Shown: positions 1 through 10,300 of the stretch, piece after piece
Layout of the letters: each line of letters opens with the position of its first letter
Numbering within the stretch: the stretch's first letter is position 1
NCBI GenBank assembly: GCA_964632485.1
Contig: CAZWDO010000016.1
Coordinates: 62,001 to 89,674 of the forward strand
Length of the DNA: 27,674 bases
DNA from: an uncultured bacterium
GTDB lineage: Bacteria > JAGOEH01
Reading direction: 5' to 3'
Notes under the pieces: generated by a model
What the model was told of the DNA's origin: nothing
The model's input: the letters and a program-made list of their open reading frames with translations, nothing else
The model's database searches: none
Made by a program: the position numbers and the translations under genes

Positions 1-3000
1 CTTGGCCCCGCGCGTTATGATCGGGGCGTTTGTATCATGAGTTTCCCGTGTTGTAAAGCTTTCCGTTTGACCGGTCTGATTCTCCTTGTTGTACCAGCCA
101 ATCTGGTCAACCCGGCAATTATAGTTTTGACCGGCAATCAGATTCGCCATGATAATGAAATGTTCGTTATCATAATAATTGTTGGAAAAGGTCCTGGAAA
201 AATTGAAATTTACACCATATTGAAGATTGGGCATGAATATTCGATCATTTTTTAATCGGATGATCGCCATATCGGTCGATAAGTAATCGATCTGGGGCTG
301 AATGTCTGTAAGAGTATCACTGAAAACCGTTTCAAAAGTTGTCAATTGTCCGATTCTGTTAAGTATCAACATATTCTGGTTGATATCGACCAATTTGAGT
401 TCAAAGCAATAATGCTTGTCAGCGATCAGGTTGGAGAGGTTGTAATCGTGGAATTGAGTGAATTCGGCAATTTCGGTCGTGAAGTTTGAACTGTCTGATG
501 AGGATAGATTCAGAATGCTGCGACTGGGCTCATTAGTCTGAAAGCGGATGATGGCTTCATTGCGATTGATAGAGAGAACATAGGGGCCATTGACGATACT
601 GGGCGGCGTCCGATCAGCCATTGTATTCGTGGTGAATGAGTTGGTTGTTCCCGGCGGTTGACGTTTCAGGCGATGCTGGCTGCTCGTCCCGGATTCTGGC
701 CATCGCAATGTATTGTTATTCATATCTATGATCTCAATTTCATATTGATAGGTCACATTGGGAGATAATTGCGTCAGGGTGAGCGAATGGCGGGTTTTAT
801 ATTCCGATTGCGTATATTGTTTTGCTTCACCGGAAGAAGCGATCAGATCCAATATGACACGACACGGGCGGTCGAAGCTCATTGTAACTTGAACGGTTGT
901 ATTGGTTTTATGGGTAATGGGGCCTTCTGTCAACATTGGGGATGTTTCTTCCTGGTTAATAAGGGTATGAAACGAATCGACCGCCGATTGGATTCCTGCT
1001 TTTTGAGCAATATCATTGATACTGACTTGATAGTACCAGGTTTGATCAGGGGCTAATCCATCAAGATAAAAACGGTGTTCTTGAGTGATAGTTTGACTTT
1101 CAATAATGGTCGGCCCGGAAAAAGTTGGCGATAGATCAATTTCAACGCGGGCTCGGGTGGGAAAGTTGGTGGCGCAATACAGCCAGGCATGGTTTGTCCC
1201 GGTTTCCTGGATGAGAGGCGGCATCGTAAATTCAGGTGGTTGAATATGTTGATCAAGATAACAGGTTTGTATCGGCGCCGTGCGTTTGTTGCCATATTTA
1301 TCGGTAATAATGATTTGATAAGTCAGAGGTTCATCGCCCGACGGCACGGCTATATTCAGAGTATGGCGGGGATTGAATATTTCGTCGTTTTCACGGTAAT
1401 TCATTGTTTCAGTTCCATATCCGTAGTTCATTTGAGCGGTTACCGGTCTGTTGCATTGAAAATAAATGCTGGCAATACCCGATTGAGTATTGAAAAAAGA
1501 GGGGCCGGAGATGAATTGGGGGGGAGTTACTTCCTTCTGGCTTAGCGTCGTAAATGAACCGGTGTAGGTTGTTCCCGCATTACCCGCTACATCGCGAAAC
1601 AGGGCTTCATAATAGTAGGTGGCGCCATTTTCCAGACTATCGATTAATAGCAGTGGAGAACGTGATATGGCAGAACGAATCGCGCGACTATAGTTGGCGC
1701 TTGACGTACCGATTCTTGTCTCCAAACAACCATTTTCATTGGAAAATGCTTCCAAATAGCAATCATAGGTGGAAATATAACGGATTTGCGGCGGAGCCAT
1801 TAGTTTCGGAGCAATCTGATCATCCTGTCCGGTGGTCATGAAATATAATTCCTGCTCGGTGATATACGTGTTACCGGATTGATCCGTACACCATATCTGG
1901 TATTGGTAGGATGAATTACTCTGAAGATTACGCAAAATCAACTGATGATTCATGCTAAAATAGTCTTCATTTTCTTCCACTTCGTCGTTAGAGCCGTCGT
2001 TTTCAACGCGGGCAAAAACGATGCCGCAATGCGATGCCTCATTGGTCTTAAAAACAATCAGAGCCGAATCGACAGCCGCGCTGCTCCAGGGCCCCTGGGA
2101 GATAAACGGCGCTAAACTGTCGCGGGAAGTGGTAAAACGCCAACTCTGAGGAGTCGTCGAATTTCCTCGGCGATCCACCAATTGTAACACGATATTCAAT
2201 GTGTCGTGATCACTGAATTTTTCCGGAGGTTGATAGCTCATCTCATAATCATGCTCATTGGATGTATAAATATCAAGTTTTTGCGGCGCGCCATTTATAG
2301 TGAAGAGAACGGCTGAACTATCTAAACCGGAAAGATCCTCAAAGACACGAATATATATCTGGGCATCTGTTTCAACGCCGTTGGCCTCCGGGAGTGGATA
2401 AAACTCAATGATCTGGGGAGCCGTTGTATCCATTTGGATATTGACTAATTGAAAATTGATATTGGCTGTTAATTGTCCAAATTGCGCAGCCACCATTTCT
2501 GCCGATGTTTCATCCAGCGCATTCGGATAGTACCGGCTGTTATAATCGGTATTAGCCGCATCCGCCAACAGATAATAGCTTCCTTCCTGCAGTTCGTTAA
2601 ATAAATAGTCCCCATTCGCGCCACTTTCAGTCATTTCCCAATAAGTTTCGTTATAGGCAATCAATGGGATATCCGGGATACCCTGTCCCGTATTCGCATC
2701 GGTGATGGTCCCGCTCAGTTGTCCAAACCGTTTGGGAGCCAGTTGAAATAGTAGTTGAGTCAGTGAATCGACGGGCCTGAGATCAAGCTCCAGGGGATAT
2801 GTTTGACCCATCAGTTGCTCATTTCCTTCGGCGAAGAGCCAGTAAACTGAGGAAGCCAGACTATCAAAACGGAATTCGCCCTGGGAGGAGCTATAGGTAT
2901 ATTTAGCAAAATTTTCAGAGAATAACCAGATCAGCATCGAATCAACAGCCGAACCATTGTCGAGAACCCGACCGCTGATCGTTTTTGCGCCGCGATATGA

Positions 3001-3345
3001 AATCAGATCGAAATTAGCGTTTTTTACATCATCATTAACCAAAATTCGGTCTGCCCGGTCCCAATCGGTTTGATTATGATAAACTTCAGTCGATGTGTAT
3101 CCATTGCCGAATGCAATCAGAATATATTCATTGCGGGGTAGCCCATCAAACAGGAACTCCCCATTGGCATTAGTAATGTCTTCCTGATAATAATCAATTA
3201 AGGTTCCTATTAAATAAATAGTAACATCTGCAAACGGTTCGCCGCTGATGCTGTCCGAGACGATTCCGCCGATGGCTCCGCTGCCGATCCGTTTGGTAAG
3301 ATCAGCATTGATGTTGCTATATGTATGATTAGTGTTGATATCAAT
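1..3345 (-). CDS. 3' part (partial, runs off the window) of a giant secreted repeat protein: 3 carboxypeptidase-regulatory-like repeats, one Ig-like domain and at least 7 FN3/purple-acid-phosphatase-N-terminal-like repeats
   Basis: Not in the ORF track. My manual translation of the minus strand found no stop between 3345 and 1 (IDINTNHTYSNINADLTKRIGSGAIGGIVSDSISGEPF... DTTAPQIIEFYPLPEANGV... EHRFYLDGLAPDQTWYYQV... DTNAPIITRGAK). Repeated D-x-x-P-P-x-I-x-x-G-P starts and H-x4-6-L-x-P-x-x-x-Y-x-Y motifs are FN3-like. Confidence 0.85.
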   Translation of the reverse strand, partial: MDINTNHTYSNINADLTKRIGSGAIGGIVSDSISGEPFADVTIYLIGTLIDYYQEDITNANGEFLFDGLPRNEYILIAFGNGYTSTEVYHNQTDWDRADRILVNDDVKNANFDLISYRGAKTISGRVLDNGSAVDSMLIWLFSENFAKYTYSSSQGEFRFDSLASSVYWLFAEGNEQLMGQTYPLELDLRPVDSLTQLLFQLAPKRFGQLSGTITDANTGQGIPDIPLIAYNETYWEMTESGANGDYLFNELQEGSYYLLADAANTDYNSRYYPNALDETSAEMVAAQFGQLTANINFQLVNIQMDTTAPQIIEFYPLPEANGVETDAQIYIRVFEDLSGLDSSAVLFTINGAPQKLDIYTSNEHDYEMSYQPPEKFSDHDTLNIVLQLVDRRGNSTTPQSWRFTTSRDSLAPFISQGPWSSAAVDSALIVFKTNEASHCGIVFARVENDGSNDEVEENEDYFSMNHQLILRNLQSNSSYQYQIWCTDQSGNTYITEQELYFMTTGQDDQIAPKLMAPPQIRYISTYDCYLEAFSNENGCLETRIGTSSANYSRAIRSAISRSPLLLIDSLENGATYYYEALFRDVAGNAGTTYTGSFTTLSQKEVTPPQFISGPSFFNTQSGIASIYFQCNRPVTAQMNYGYGTETMNYRENDEIFNPRHTLNIAVPSGDEPLTYQIIITDKYGNKRTAPIQTCYLDQHIQPPEFTMPPLIQETGTNHAWLYCATNFPTRARVEIDLSPTFSGPTIIESQTITQEHRFYLDGLAPDQTWYYQVSINDIAQKAGIQSAVDSFHTLINQEETSPMLTEGPITHKTNTTVQVTMSFDRPCRVILDLIASSGEAKQYTQSEYKTRHSLTLTQLSPNVTYQYEIEIIDMNNNTLRWPESGTSSQHRLKRQPPGTTNSFTTNTMADRTPPSIVNGPYVLSINRNEAIIRFQTNEPSRSILNLSSSDSSNFTTEIAEFTQFHDYNLSNLIADKHYCFELKLVDINQNMLILNRIGQLTTFETVFSDTLTDIQPQIDYLSTDMAIIRLKNDRIFMPNLQYGVNFNFSRTFSNNYYDNEHFIIMANLIAGQNYNCRVDQIGWYNKENQTGQTESFTTRETHDTNAPIITRGAK

Positions 3346-5737
3346 GGNNNNNNNNNNATTCTTCCTGGGCATTTTCATAGAGCTCATAGGAGTAATCCGA
3401 GTTGTCGCCCCAATCATTAAAATTGACATAATACTCAAGCAAGGGTAGCTCCTCGAAACTATAGAGGCCGTTGGCATCCGTGGTGTCGGATTTAAAGAAA
3501 ATATGCTGAGGGTCGAAGAGGGCAACACGGATGCCCTGGATCGGCTGGTTATTGGCGGAATCAGTAACGGCGCCGCTAATTTGTCCCGGGCCGATGAGAC
3601 TATACACCCAGACCGTGTCCCGGATATTCGGATTGTTTTCATTCAACGTCAGGGTTTGTGCCGGGTCTTCCGGGTATTCCTTGCCAATGAACGACGGCGC
3701 GTCGCGTATCCAAAATCGGTAGGAACGCAGGGGCAGGTTATTGAATTCAAAACGGCCATTACCGTCCGAAATGGTATGGATATAAAGAGTATTGCCCTGA
3801 ACGTCATTCAACTCCACACGGGCGTTGCGGATGGGAACCTGGGAAATTGTATCCAGCAAATATGCGATAATTGATCCCGGACCTTTCAATGTCAGTACAT
3901 TTTTATTATAAGCCGGGGTCGCGGGGCCGATAGGGACATTCTCTCCCCAGTACGAGTATATTTTATTTTCATGATCGATGGAGATAGTATAAGAGCCCTG
4001 AGGAACCGCCGTGATAAGGAAGGACCCATCGCTGGCAGTGGTATCTTTTTCGTAGAATCTAGTTTCAGCCGATCCGATACTGACATAAATCTCGCTGACC
4101 GGGGTTCCGTTGACGGAATCCGTAATGGTTCCCCCGAACGAATAAAGAGACGCCAATTGCAGGTTAATATTTTCCAGAGATTGGTTATCCGCCACTATCA
4201 GTGGTTCGGCTTCCCAGTAAGTAATGGTGTCGCTGTTGTAATACTTTTGTTCGAAATTGGGATGCCCCCTGGCTTGAACGTAATAATTGTCCCCGGGGGG
4301 AATTGTGTTAAATTCATAATCGCCATTAAGATTGGTGACGGTTTCCTGATAATGAATATAAGAGCCGTCGGTCAAGAGCATCGTGATATTCGACAGAGAG
4401 CTGCCATTAGCGCTATGGGTAACGCGTCCTCTAATCGTACCGTTGCCGGTAAGCCTTTCCATGGAAAAATTTCGTATCGTGTTGTCAGTCAATTCCAGAA
4501 TCTCAGTGTTGGTTTCTAAAGATGCTTTATTGCCGCCATTAAGGGTTAGCAGATATTTACCGGCTGGCAAACCACTAAACCGATAATTTCCATTGTCGTC
4601 GGTCTCCACGCTTTTTTGGAAGAACGAGGGATTGTCCCAAATACTGGCGGCCGTATCGGTTTGCAGATAGTAGATATCCAGGCGAATCCAGGCAAAGGGT
4701 TCATTCGAATTATCCATAACCTGACCGCTGATTTCCAGAGGGCCGGTATAGCGGATTAAATCAATTTGCAGATTCGTAAGCTGTTGGTTATAATCCAGAT
4801 TGAGGATGGTGGCTTCTTCCGATATTTGGGTATTGGCATAAACTTCCCAGGAAGTACGATCGGAATACTGGGTTTCCAATCGATACGCTGCGGGGGGTAA
4901 GCGGTTGAATTGGAAACTTCCGTCAGCATTGGAAGTGATAAGCCGATCAAAGTAAAAACCCGGGGTTTCGGCGACCAGATAAAGTCCGATGCCGCTGATA
5001 CCCTGGCTTGGGTTGATACTGTCATAGACCATCCCGGAAATGACGCCATCGGCGACTGACAATTTTGTGCGCAGGATCAGATTTTCTTCCTGAGTATGGG
5101 CGCTGCTTAAACTGATCAATTGCGCGTTATCCAAGTTTTCTTTTCCGTCAAAGTAGTAGCAATTATAAATCGTTGTATCGCAAAAAGTAAGATAATATTG
5201 CGTCAGTGGTAGCTCACCAAATTCAAACCGGCCCTCGCTATTACTGGTGGCGCTAAACTCCCAGAACCAGTCCGGGGTATAAATATTCAAACGGATGTTC
5301 GGAATAGGGGTTCCCGATATGGAATCAATTATAATGCCAAATATGGCTCCCGGTCCTTTTTTTGGAACAACGTACCAATCCTGTAAACTGAGCGCTTGGT
5401 TTTTTTCCAGGACAATCGAATCTGCGCTTTCCCGTGAATCTCCCCGCAAATAGTAGCGGCTAAAGCACTTCGAATTATCGCGAATAAAGATGTAATAGGT
5501 TCCCGGAGGAAGATTTTCAAAATGGTAGGTTCCGTCGGGTTCGGTAACGGTTTGTTTATTGACCGAACTATTACGATTGAAAAGCTGTAACCGAATCTCA
5601 CTGAGTGGAAGTTCTGCAAGGCTGTCGCGAAGAGTGCCGCTAATCCGTCCATCGAGGTTGAGGCGACGCATATAGTGCGGATCCGCTTGCAGCGCTGTTA
5701 GTGTTAAGAGTGTAATCAGAATTAGTTTTCGTAACAT
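3341..5737 (-). CDS. 5' part of the same giant secreted protein: signal peptide plus 8 carboxypeptidase-regulatory-like (Cna-B/prealbumin-like) repeats. The apparent stop at 3341 is an artefact of the N gap.
   Basis: Signal peptide MLRKLILITLLTLTALQA. Eight repeats of G-x-I-x-G-x-V-x-D-S...P-I...T...G-x-Y/F-x-F-x-x-L-P-x-x-x-Y. The ORF reads into the N run, and an AAGGA RBS lies upstream of the ATG. Confidence 0.85.
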   Translation of the reverse strand: MLRKLILITLLTLTALQADPHYMRRLNLDGRISGTLRDSLAELPLSEIRLQLFNRNSSVNKQTVTEPDGTYHFENLPPGTYYIFIRDNSKCFSRYYLRGDSRESADSIVLEKNQALSLQDWYVVPKKGPGAIFGIIIDSISGTPIPNIRLNIYTPDWFWEFSATSNSEGRFEFGELPLTQYYLTFCDTTIYNCYYFDGKENLDNAQLISLSSAHTQEENLILRTKLSVADGVISGMVYDSINPSQGISGIGLYLVAETPGFYFDRLITSNADGSFQFNRLPPAAYRLETQYSDRTSWEVYANTQISEEATILNLDYNQQLTNLQIDLIRYTGPLEISGQVMDNSNEPFAWIRLDIYYLQTDTAASIWDNPSFFQKSVETDDNGNYRFSGLPAGKYLLTLNGGNKASLETNTEILELTDNTIRNFSMERLTGNGTIRGRVTHSANGSSLSNITMLLTDGSYIHYQETVTNLNGDYEFNTIPPGDNYYVQARGHPNFEQKYYNSDTITYWEAEPLIVADNQSLENINLQLASLYSFGGTITDSVNGTPVSEIYVSIGSAETRFYEKDTTASDGSFLITAVPQGSYTISIDHENKIYSYWGENVPIGPATPAYNKNVLTLKGPGSIIAYLLDTISQVPIRNARVELNDVQGNTLYIHTISDGNGRFEFNNLPLRSYRFWIRDAPSFIGKEYPEDPAQTLTLNENNPNIRDTVWVYSLIGPGQISGAVTDSANNQPIQGIRVALFDPQHIFFKSDTTDANGLYSFEELPLLEYYVNFNDWGDNSDYSYELYENAQEEXXXXH
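3348..3357. other. Scaffold gap (10 N) inside the giant gene
   Basis: Run of ten n characters. The reading frames on either side differ, consistent with an arbitrary gap length. Confidence 0.98.
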
Positions 5738-5784
5738 ATAAACATCCTTTTTAATTAATTTTGATATCTATTTACCATAATAGT

Positions 5785-5813
5785 ATAATAATCAGGGAAA
5801 CCCGGAAAGTCAA
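5785..5813 (-). promoter_or_regulatory. Putative sigma70 promoter for the giant repeat protein
   Basis: Minus strand TTGACT (5808-5813), 17 nt spacer, TATTAT (5785-5790), about 50 nt upstream of the ATG at 5737. Confidence 0.55.
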
Positions 5814-5947
5814 TTTATTTTTTTAAATGATATAAGCCGTAACTTATCTTTGTTGTCCGGCTGGCTGTTGGGTATCCGCTCGATAATCTGTGTCTGCGTT
5901 CCAAGGCTTTTTAATTTATGATTGCGCCATTTTAATGAAAAAAAAAC

Positions 5948-5975
5948 TTGACAATACTGTGAAATTTGCTAAATT
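5948..5975 (+). promoter_or_regulatory. Putative sigma70 promoter for the STAS/ABC operon
   Basis: TTGACA (5948-5953), 16 nt spacer, TAAATT (5970-5975) with an extended -10 TG, preceded by an A-tract. Confidence 0.5.
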
Positions 5976-6104
5976 AGGAAAAGGTAATTATAAAAGAGCG
6001 TATTTGATTTTTTGAGCTGTATGAGATTTACTTAACGCCAAATATTCACGAATTTATGTGATTTTAATAGTAATTTAAAGGAATAAAATAACAAAGGATG
6101 ATTT

Positions 6105-7322
6105 ATGCTGTCTTATGAGGTGTTGGAATTGCTTCCTTTTACGGTTTTAAAAGTGGAAGGACGGATTGATGGTAATAGTTCCGCTGATTTAGACCGGACG
6201 GTCCGGTCCTTAATTCAGAAAGGAACCCGGCAATTGGTTTTCGATTTACGGAATGTAACCTATATCAGTTCAGCCGGATTGCGCGTTTTTATGGCGACGT
6301 ATAAAAATTTAACGGCGGGTGGGGGTGAAGTCCTTCTTTACGGATTAACTGAATCGTGTAAAATGGTATTCACTATGAGTGGGTTTTTAAATTATTTTAA
6401 AGTGTTAGAGTCTCTGGAGCAGTTGTCGGTTGACAACCCCAACCCGGATGGGGAAACAGGACTGATCGAAGAACGCATAGGGGATTATATTTTATCTTAT
6501 CAACAGGGAAGTGGTCAACTGGCGCGGTTTTATTCGATCGGCAACGTGGAAAAACTGGAACATGCCGCATATTCGGAGCAGGATGTAGTGGCGGTTGATC
6601 CTGCTGCCATTTGTTTTGGTGCCGGATTGGCCGCATTGGGTGAAAGCTATGGTGAATATAAGAATTATTTTGGCGAGGCGATCGTTTTAAACCATCATTT
6701 ATTTGTCTATCCGGCAACGCGGCGACCGGTTGCGGATTATATGGTATATTCCCCGGAAGGCAAGGATGTACGGTACCGTTTCCTGCATGGTTTTGGTTTC
6801 AGCGATGAAATTGACCGGATCATTCATTTTCAGAGCGTGACGGATTCCCAGCCGTTGAGCGGGCTGATTGCGGCGATCGGTTCATTTTTTAACTACAAGC
6901 AGATGGGTATCGTCGTGATGGCTGAAACTAAAGCCCTCTATGGAATGCATTTTAAAAAAGTTCCGCTTGAAGAAAACCGGCCGGTAAATGGAGCGTCTTT
7001 ATTTGACAACCGGAATTTTCCGGATTGGTTCAATTTTCCGGTTGACCGCGCCGATAGCGATTCGATTGTGATAATGGCTGGGATCGCCAGCGTTAATCGC
7101 GAGACGGCTTCTGCTGAATTTAATGCTCTGGTCCCCATGGATTCCGGGTTTCATCTTCATGGCGCGGTTTTTACGCATAATCTGGTTGATTTCAAAATAC
7201 CTCGGTTTGGGGATGAATTGCAACGGGTCCTGAGTGAATTTCAGTTGGAAAAAATCCAGCATATTTTAGGGAATACCCTCTTGTCCAAAGGTTTGATTGC
7301 CATAACGGAACTGAAAGGATAA
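6105..7322 (+). CDS. STAS (anti-sigma-factor antagonist) domain fused to a ~290 aa C-terminal domain, possibly of alpha-acetolactate-decarboxylase-like fold
   Basis: N-terminal GRID...LVFDLRNVTYISSAGLRVF...VFTMSGF is typical of SpoIIAA/RsbV and keeps the phosphorylatable Ser. The C-terminal domain has FGAG...FGE and GFHLH...QHIL. AAGGA RBS upstream. Confidence 0.85.
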   Translation: MLSYEVLELLPFTVLKVEGRIDGNSSADLDRTVRSLIQKGTRQLVFDLRNVTYISSAGLRVFMATYKNLTAGGGEVLLYGLTESCKMVFTMSGFLNYFKVLESLEQLSVDNPNPDGETGLIEERIGDYILSYQQGSGQLARFYSIGNVEKLEHAAYSEQDVVAVDPAAICFGAGLAALGESYGEYKNYFGEAIVLNHHLFVYPATRRPVADYMVYSPEGKDVRYRFLHGFGFSDEIDRIIHFQSVTDSQPLSGLIAAIGSFFNYKQMGIVVMAETKALYGMHFKKVPLEENRPVNGASLFDNRNFPDWFNFPVDRADSDSIVIMAGIASVNRETASAEFNALVPMDSGFHLHGAVFTHNLVDFKIPRFGDELQRVLSEFQLEKIQHILGNTLLSKGLIAITELKG

Positions 7323-7325
7323 AAA

Positions 7326-10300
7326 ATGGAATTGTGGATTGGCGCATTCAATTTAGGTTTTCTCTATGCCTTAATGGCTGTAGGCGTTTATATTTGTTAC
7401 CGGATCCTTGATTTTCCGGATATCACCGTTGATGGAAGTTTTACGACAGGCGCGGCAGTTTCCGCCGTTTTGATCGCTTCCGGGTGGAATCCTTTTTTCG
7501 CCTTGGGTATAGCGCTTCTTGTGAGCGGAATGGCTGGAGTGATAACGGGATTGATTCATACGAAAATGAAGGTGAACGGTTTGTTGGCGGGTATTTTGGT
7601 GATGATAGGCCTCTACTCGATCAATTTGCATATTATGGGGAAATCCAATATTCCCTTATTATCGTTGCCGAGTTTTCTTGATTTTTTCCAGCGGGTCAAC
7701 CCCGGTCTTCCCTCGGAAATCTGGCTGGCTATCGCCTTAGCGTGTGGAATGGCAATTTTTTGGCAATTGATCGCCTGGTTTTTCCGCACAGACCTGGGGA
7801 TGACGATTCGCGCTACCGGTAATAATCCTACAATGTCCTCGGCCAATGGCGTTAATGTGGACTTTATCAAAATTTTAGGTATTGGATTGAGCAATTCGCT
7901 GGTAGGTTTGGCGGGCGGTCTGGTTGCCCAATACCAGGGATTTGCCGATATTGGTATGGGCATTGGTACTGTTGTCAATGGTTTGGCGGCGGTTATCATT
8001 GGCGAAGCAATTTTTAAACGCGGGTCGGTTGCCGTTAAAATTTTCAGCGCGATTGCGGGTTCGGTTGTTTTTCGATTCATGATCGCCTTTGCCCTATATG
8101 CCGGAATGAATCCCCTTGATCTTAAATTGATGACCGCCTTGTTTGTGCTTCTGACTCTTTATATATCCTACCGAATCAATAAGGAGAAACGACGGGCAAC
8201 CTTTGCAGTTAACTGGCTACAGCGATTTAAAAACAGGGTTTTTATTAAATATGCATTGACTCTGGTCATTATCGGCCTGGTTGGTGCAGGCAGCTATGCC
8301 TGGCTTCATAGAAGCGGAACTTTCCGGTCGTCAGGAAAGAGCCATTGCCGTATGGCGATCATTCAATTTGTCAGCAACCCGGTACTTGATATTACCCGAG
8401 AGGCTTTACTGGATGAATTGGATCGCATCGGCTATAAAAATGGTGAAAACTGTGAAATTTTTCTGGAAAATGGCAATGGTGAAATGGGGATGGTTAACTC
8501 TATTTTGGATAAGTATGTAATGAATAAGATGGATGTGGTCATTACAATTTCAACACCGGTTACCCAGGCTGCCCTAAAGAAAATTACTAATACTCCTTTG
8601 GTTTTTGTAACAGTCGCCAATCCGTTTATTATCAATGCAGGCCGCACGGAAACCGACCATTTACCCAATGTTACCGGCACTTATGGGTGGGCGCCGATGG
8701 ATAGGGTAGTGAATTTTGTAAAAGAGCTGTTTCCCGGGAAGAAAACAATCCGTGTGGGAACAATATGGGACCCCTCCAGCGCCAATTCCGAATTTAATGT
8801 GCAGAATTTTAAAAAAGCCATCGCTACCGTCGGTGGAATTGAGCTAACCGAGAAATACGTTACCGCTACGGCTGAAGTGCAGACTGCGGCAATGTCGCTG
8901 GTAGTGGATCATCCCGATTGTTTTGTTTTTGCTCCGGATAATATTGTATATTCGGCTTTTGAGGCAATCTACAAAGAATCGTCCAAAGCCGGGATTCCTA
9001 TTGTTATTTGTGATGTGGAACGCTTGGGTTCCGGCGCCTTGCTGGCTGTGGGCTACGATTATAGCGGTAGCGGACAAATGGGCGCGCATTTGGTTGACCG
9101 GGTTTTAAAGGGCGCGGATACTCAGTCAATTCCTTTTCAGCGCTATAAAAAGTTGACAATTGGCATAAATTTAGAGGAATCGAAACGATTAAACATCCCA
9201 ATTCCTGAAAACTTGATTTACCAGGCAAATCAGTTTTATGGTACAAAACCAGCAAAGGAAACTAAAATTCCCAGAATCGGAATTGTTCAATTCGCCCAGG
9301 AACCCAATGTGGAGATCGCCAAAGCAGGTTTGATCCATGGATTAAACGGTCATGGGTATCGCGATGGAGAGAATGTCAAATTGATTTACAAAGATGCCAA
9401 TGCTGATTTTTCCATGATCAATTCAATCATGCAGGATTTTGTACGCCAGGATGTCGATATTATAGTTCCCCTTTCGACACCGTGTCTCCAGGCCGCCGTG
9501 CAAATGGGTTCTGGCCGTGAGCGCCCGAAAATCGTATTCACTTATATTTATGATCCTTATCGTATCGGCGCGGCGGAAACTCCGGAGAAGCACCTGCCAA
9601 ACCTGACCGGTGTCAGTTGTTTTCCACCGGTTACCGAAATACTTGATTTGATTAAGGAAATGTTTCCCGAACGTAAAAAAATCGGGATCGTATGGAATTC
9701 GTCCGAAGCGAATTCTGAAGCGACTGTCATTAAAATCCGCGAATATGCCGATCGCCTCGGATTAAGTGTTGTGGAAGCAACGGTCACTGCCCCGGCTGAA
9801 GTGCTGGATGCGGCGCGCTCTCTGGTGTCCAAAGGCGCCCAGGTTTTTCTCAATCCAGGGGACAATACCCTGAACGTCAGCTACGATAGCTATGTAAAAG
9901 TGGCCGGAACTAATAAAATACCGCTTTTTTCCGTTGATGGTGAATTGATCTATAATGGAACAGTCGCTGTTTTGGGACCCGACTATTACCGAACCGGATT
10001 TGACGGGGGAAAAATTTTAGCCCGCGTTCTGGATGGCGAAACCGTGGCGCAAATACCTATCCAAGCGACTGAAGAAACCGTTTTTTATCTTAATATGGAT
10101 GTGGCTGAACAACAGGGATTCCCGATTTCTCCTGATTTACTGAAAAAAGCGCAAAAAGTGGTGGACTCTAAAACTCAGCAGGGCGATACGACTACTATGG
10201 AGCTTAAAAAGGAATACCCTCCCAAACGGTTGACTGTGTTTAGATTTAACGATCATTCGATGATACTGGAAGTTATGCAGGGAGTGCGTGAGTATTTTGA

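Noticed and set aside
1518-1524. G7 tract in the giant gene as a possible frameshift or phase-variation site
   Set aside because: The frame stays intact through it (VTPPQFISGP), and the tract is short and explained by Pro-Pro codons.
37-1841. Several short ORFs (37-255, 769-1056, 1053-1295, 1189-1545, 1554-1841)
   Set aside because: All overlap the continuous minus-strand frame of the giant repeat protein, either antisense or out of frame.
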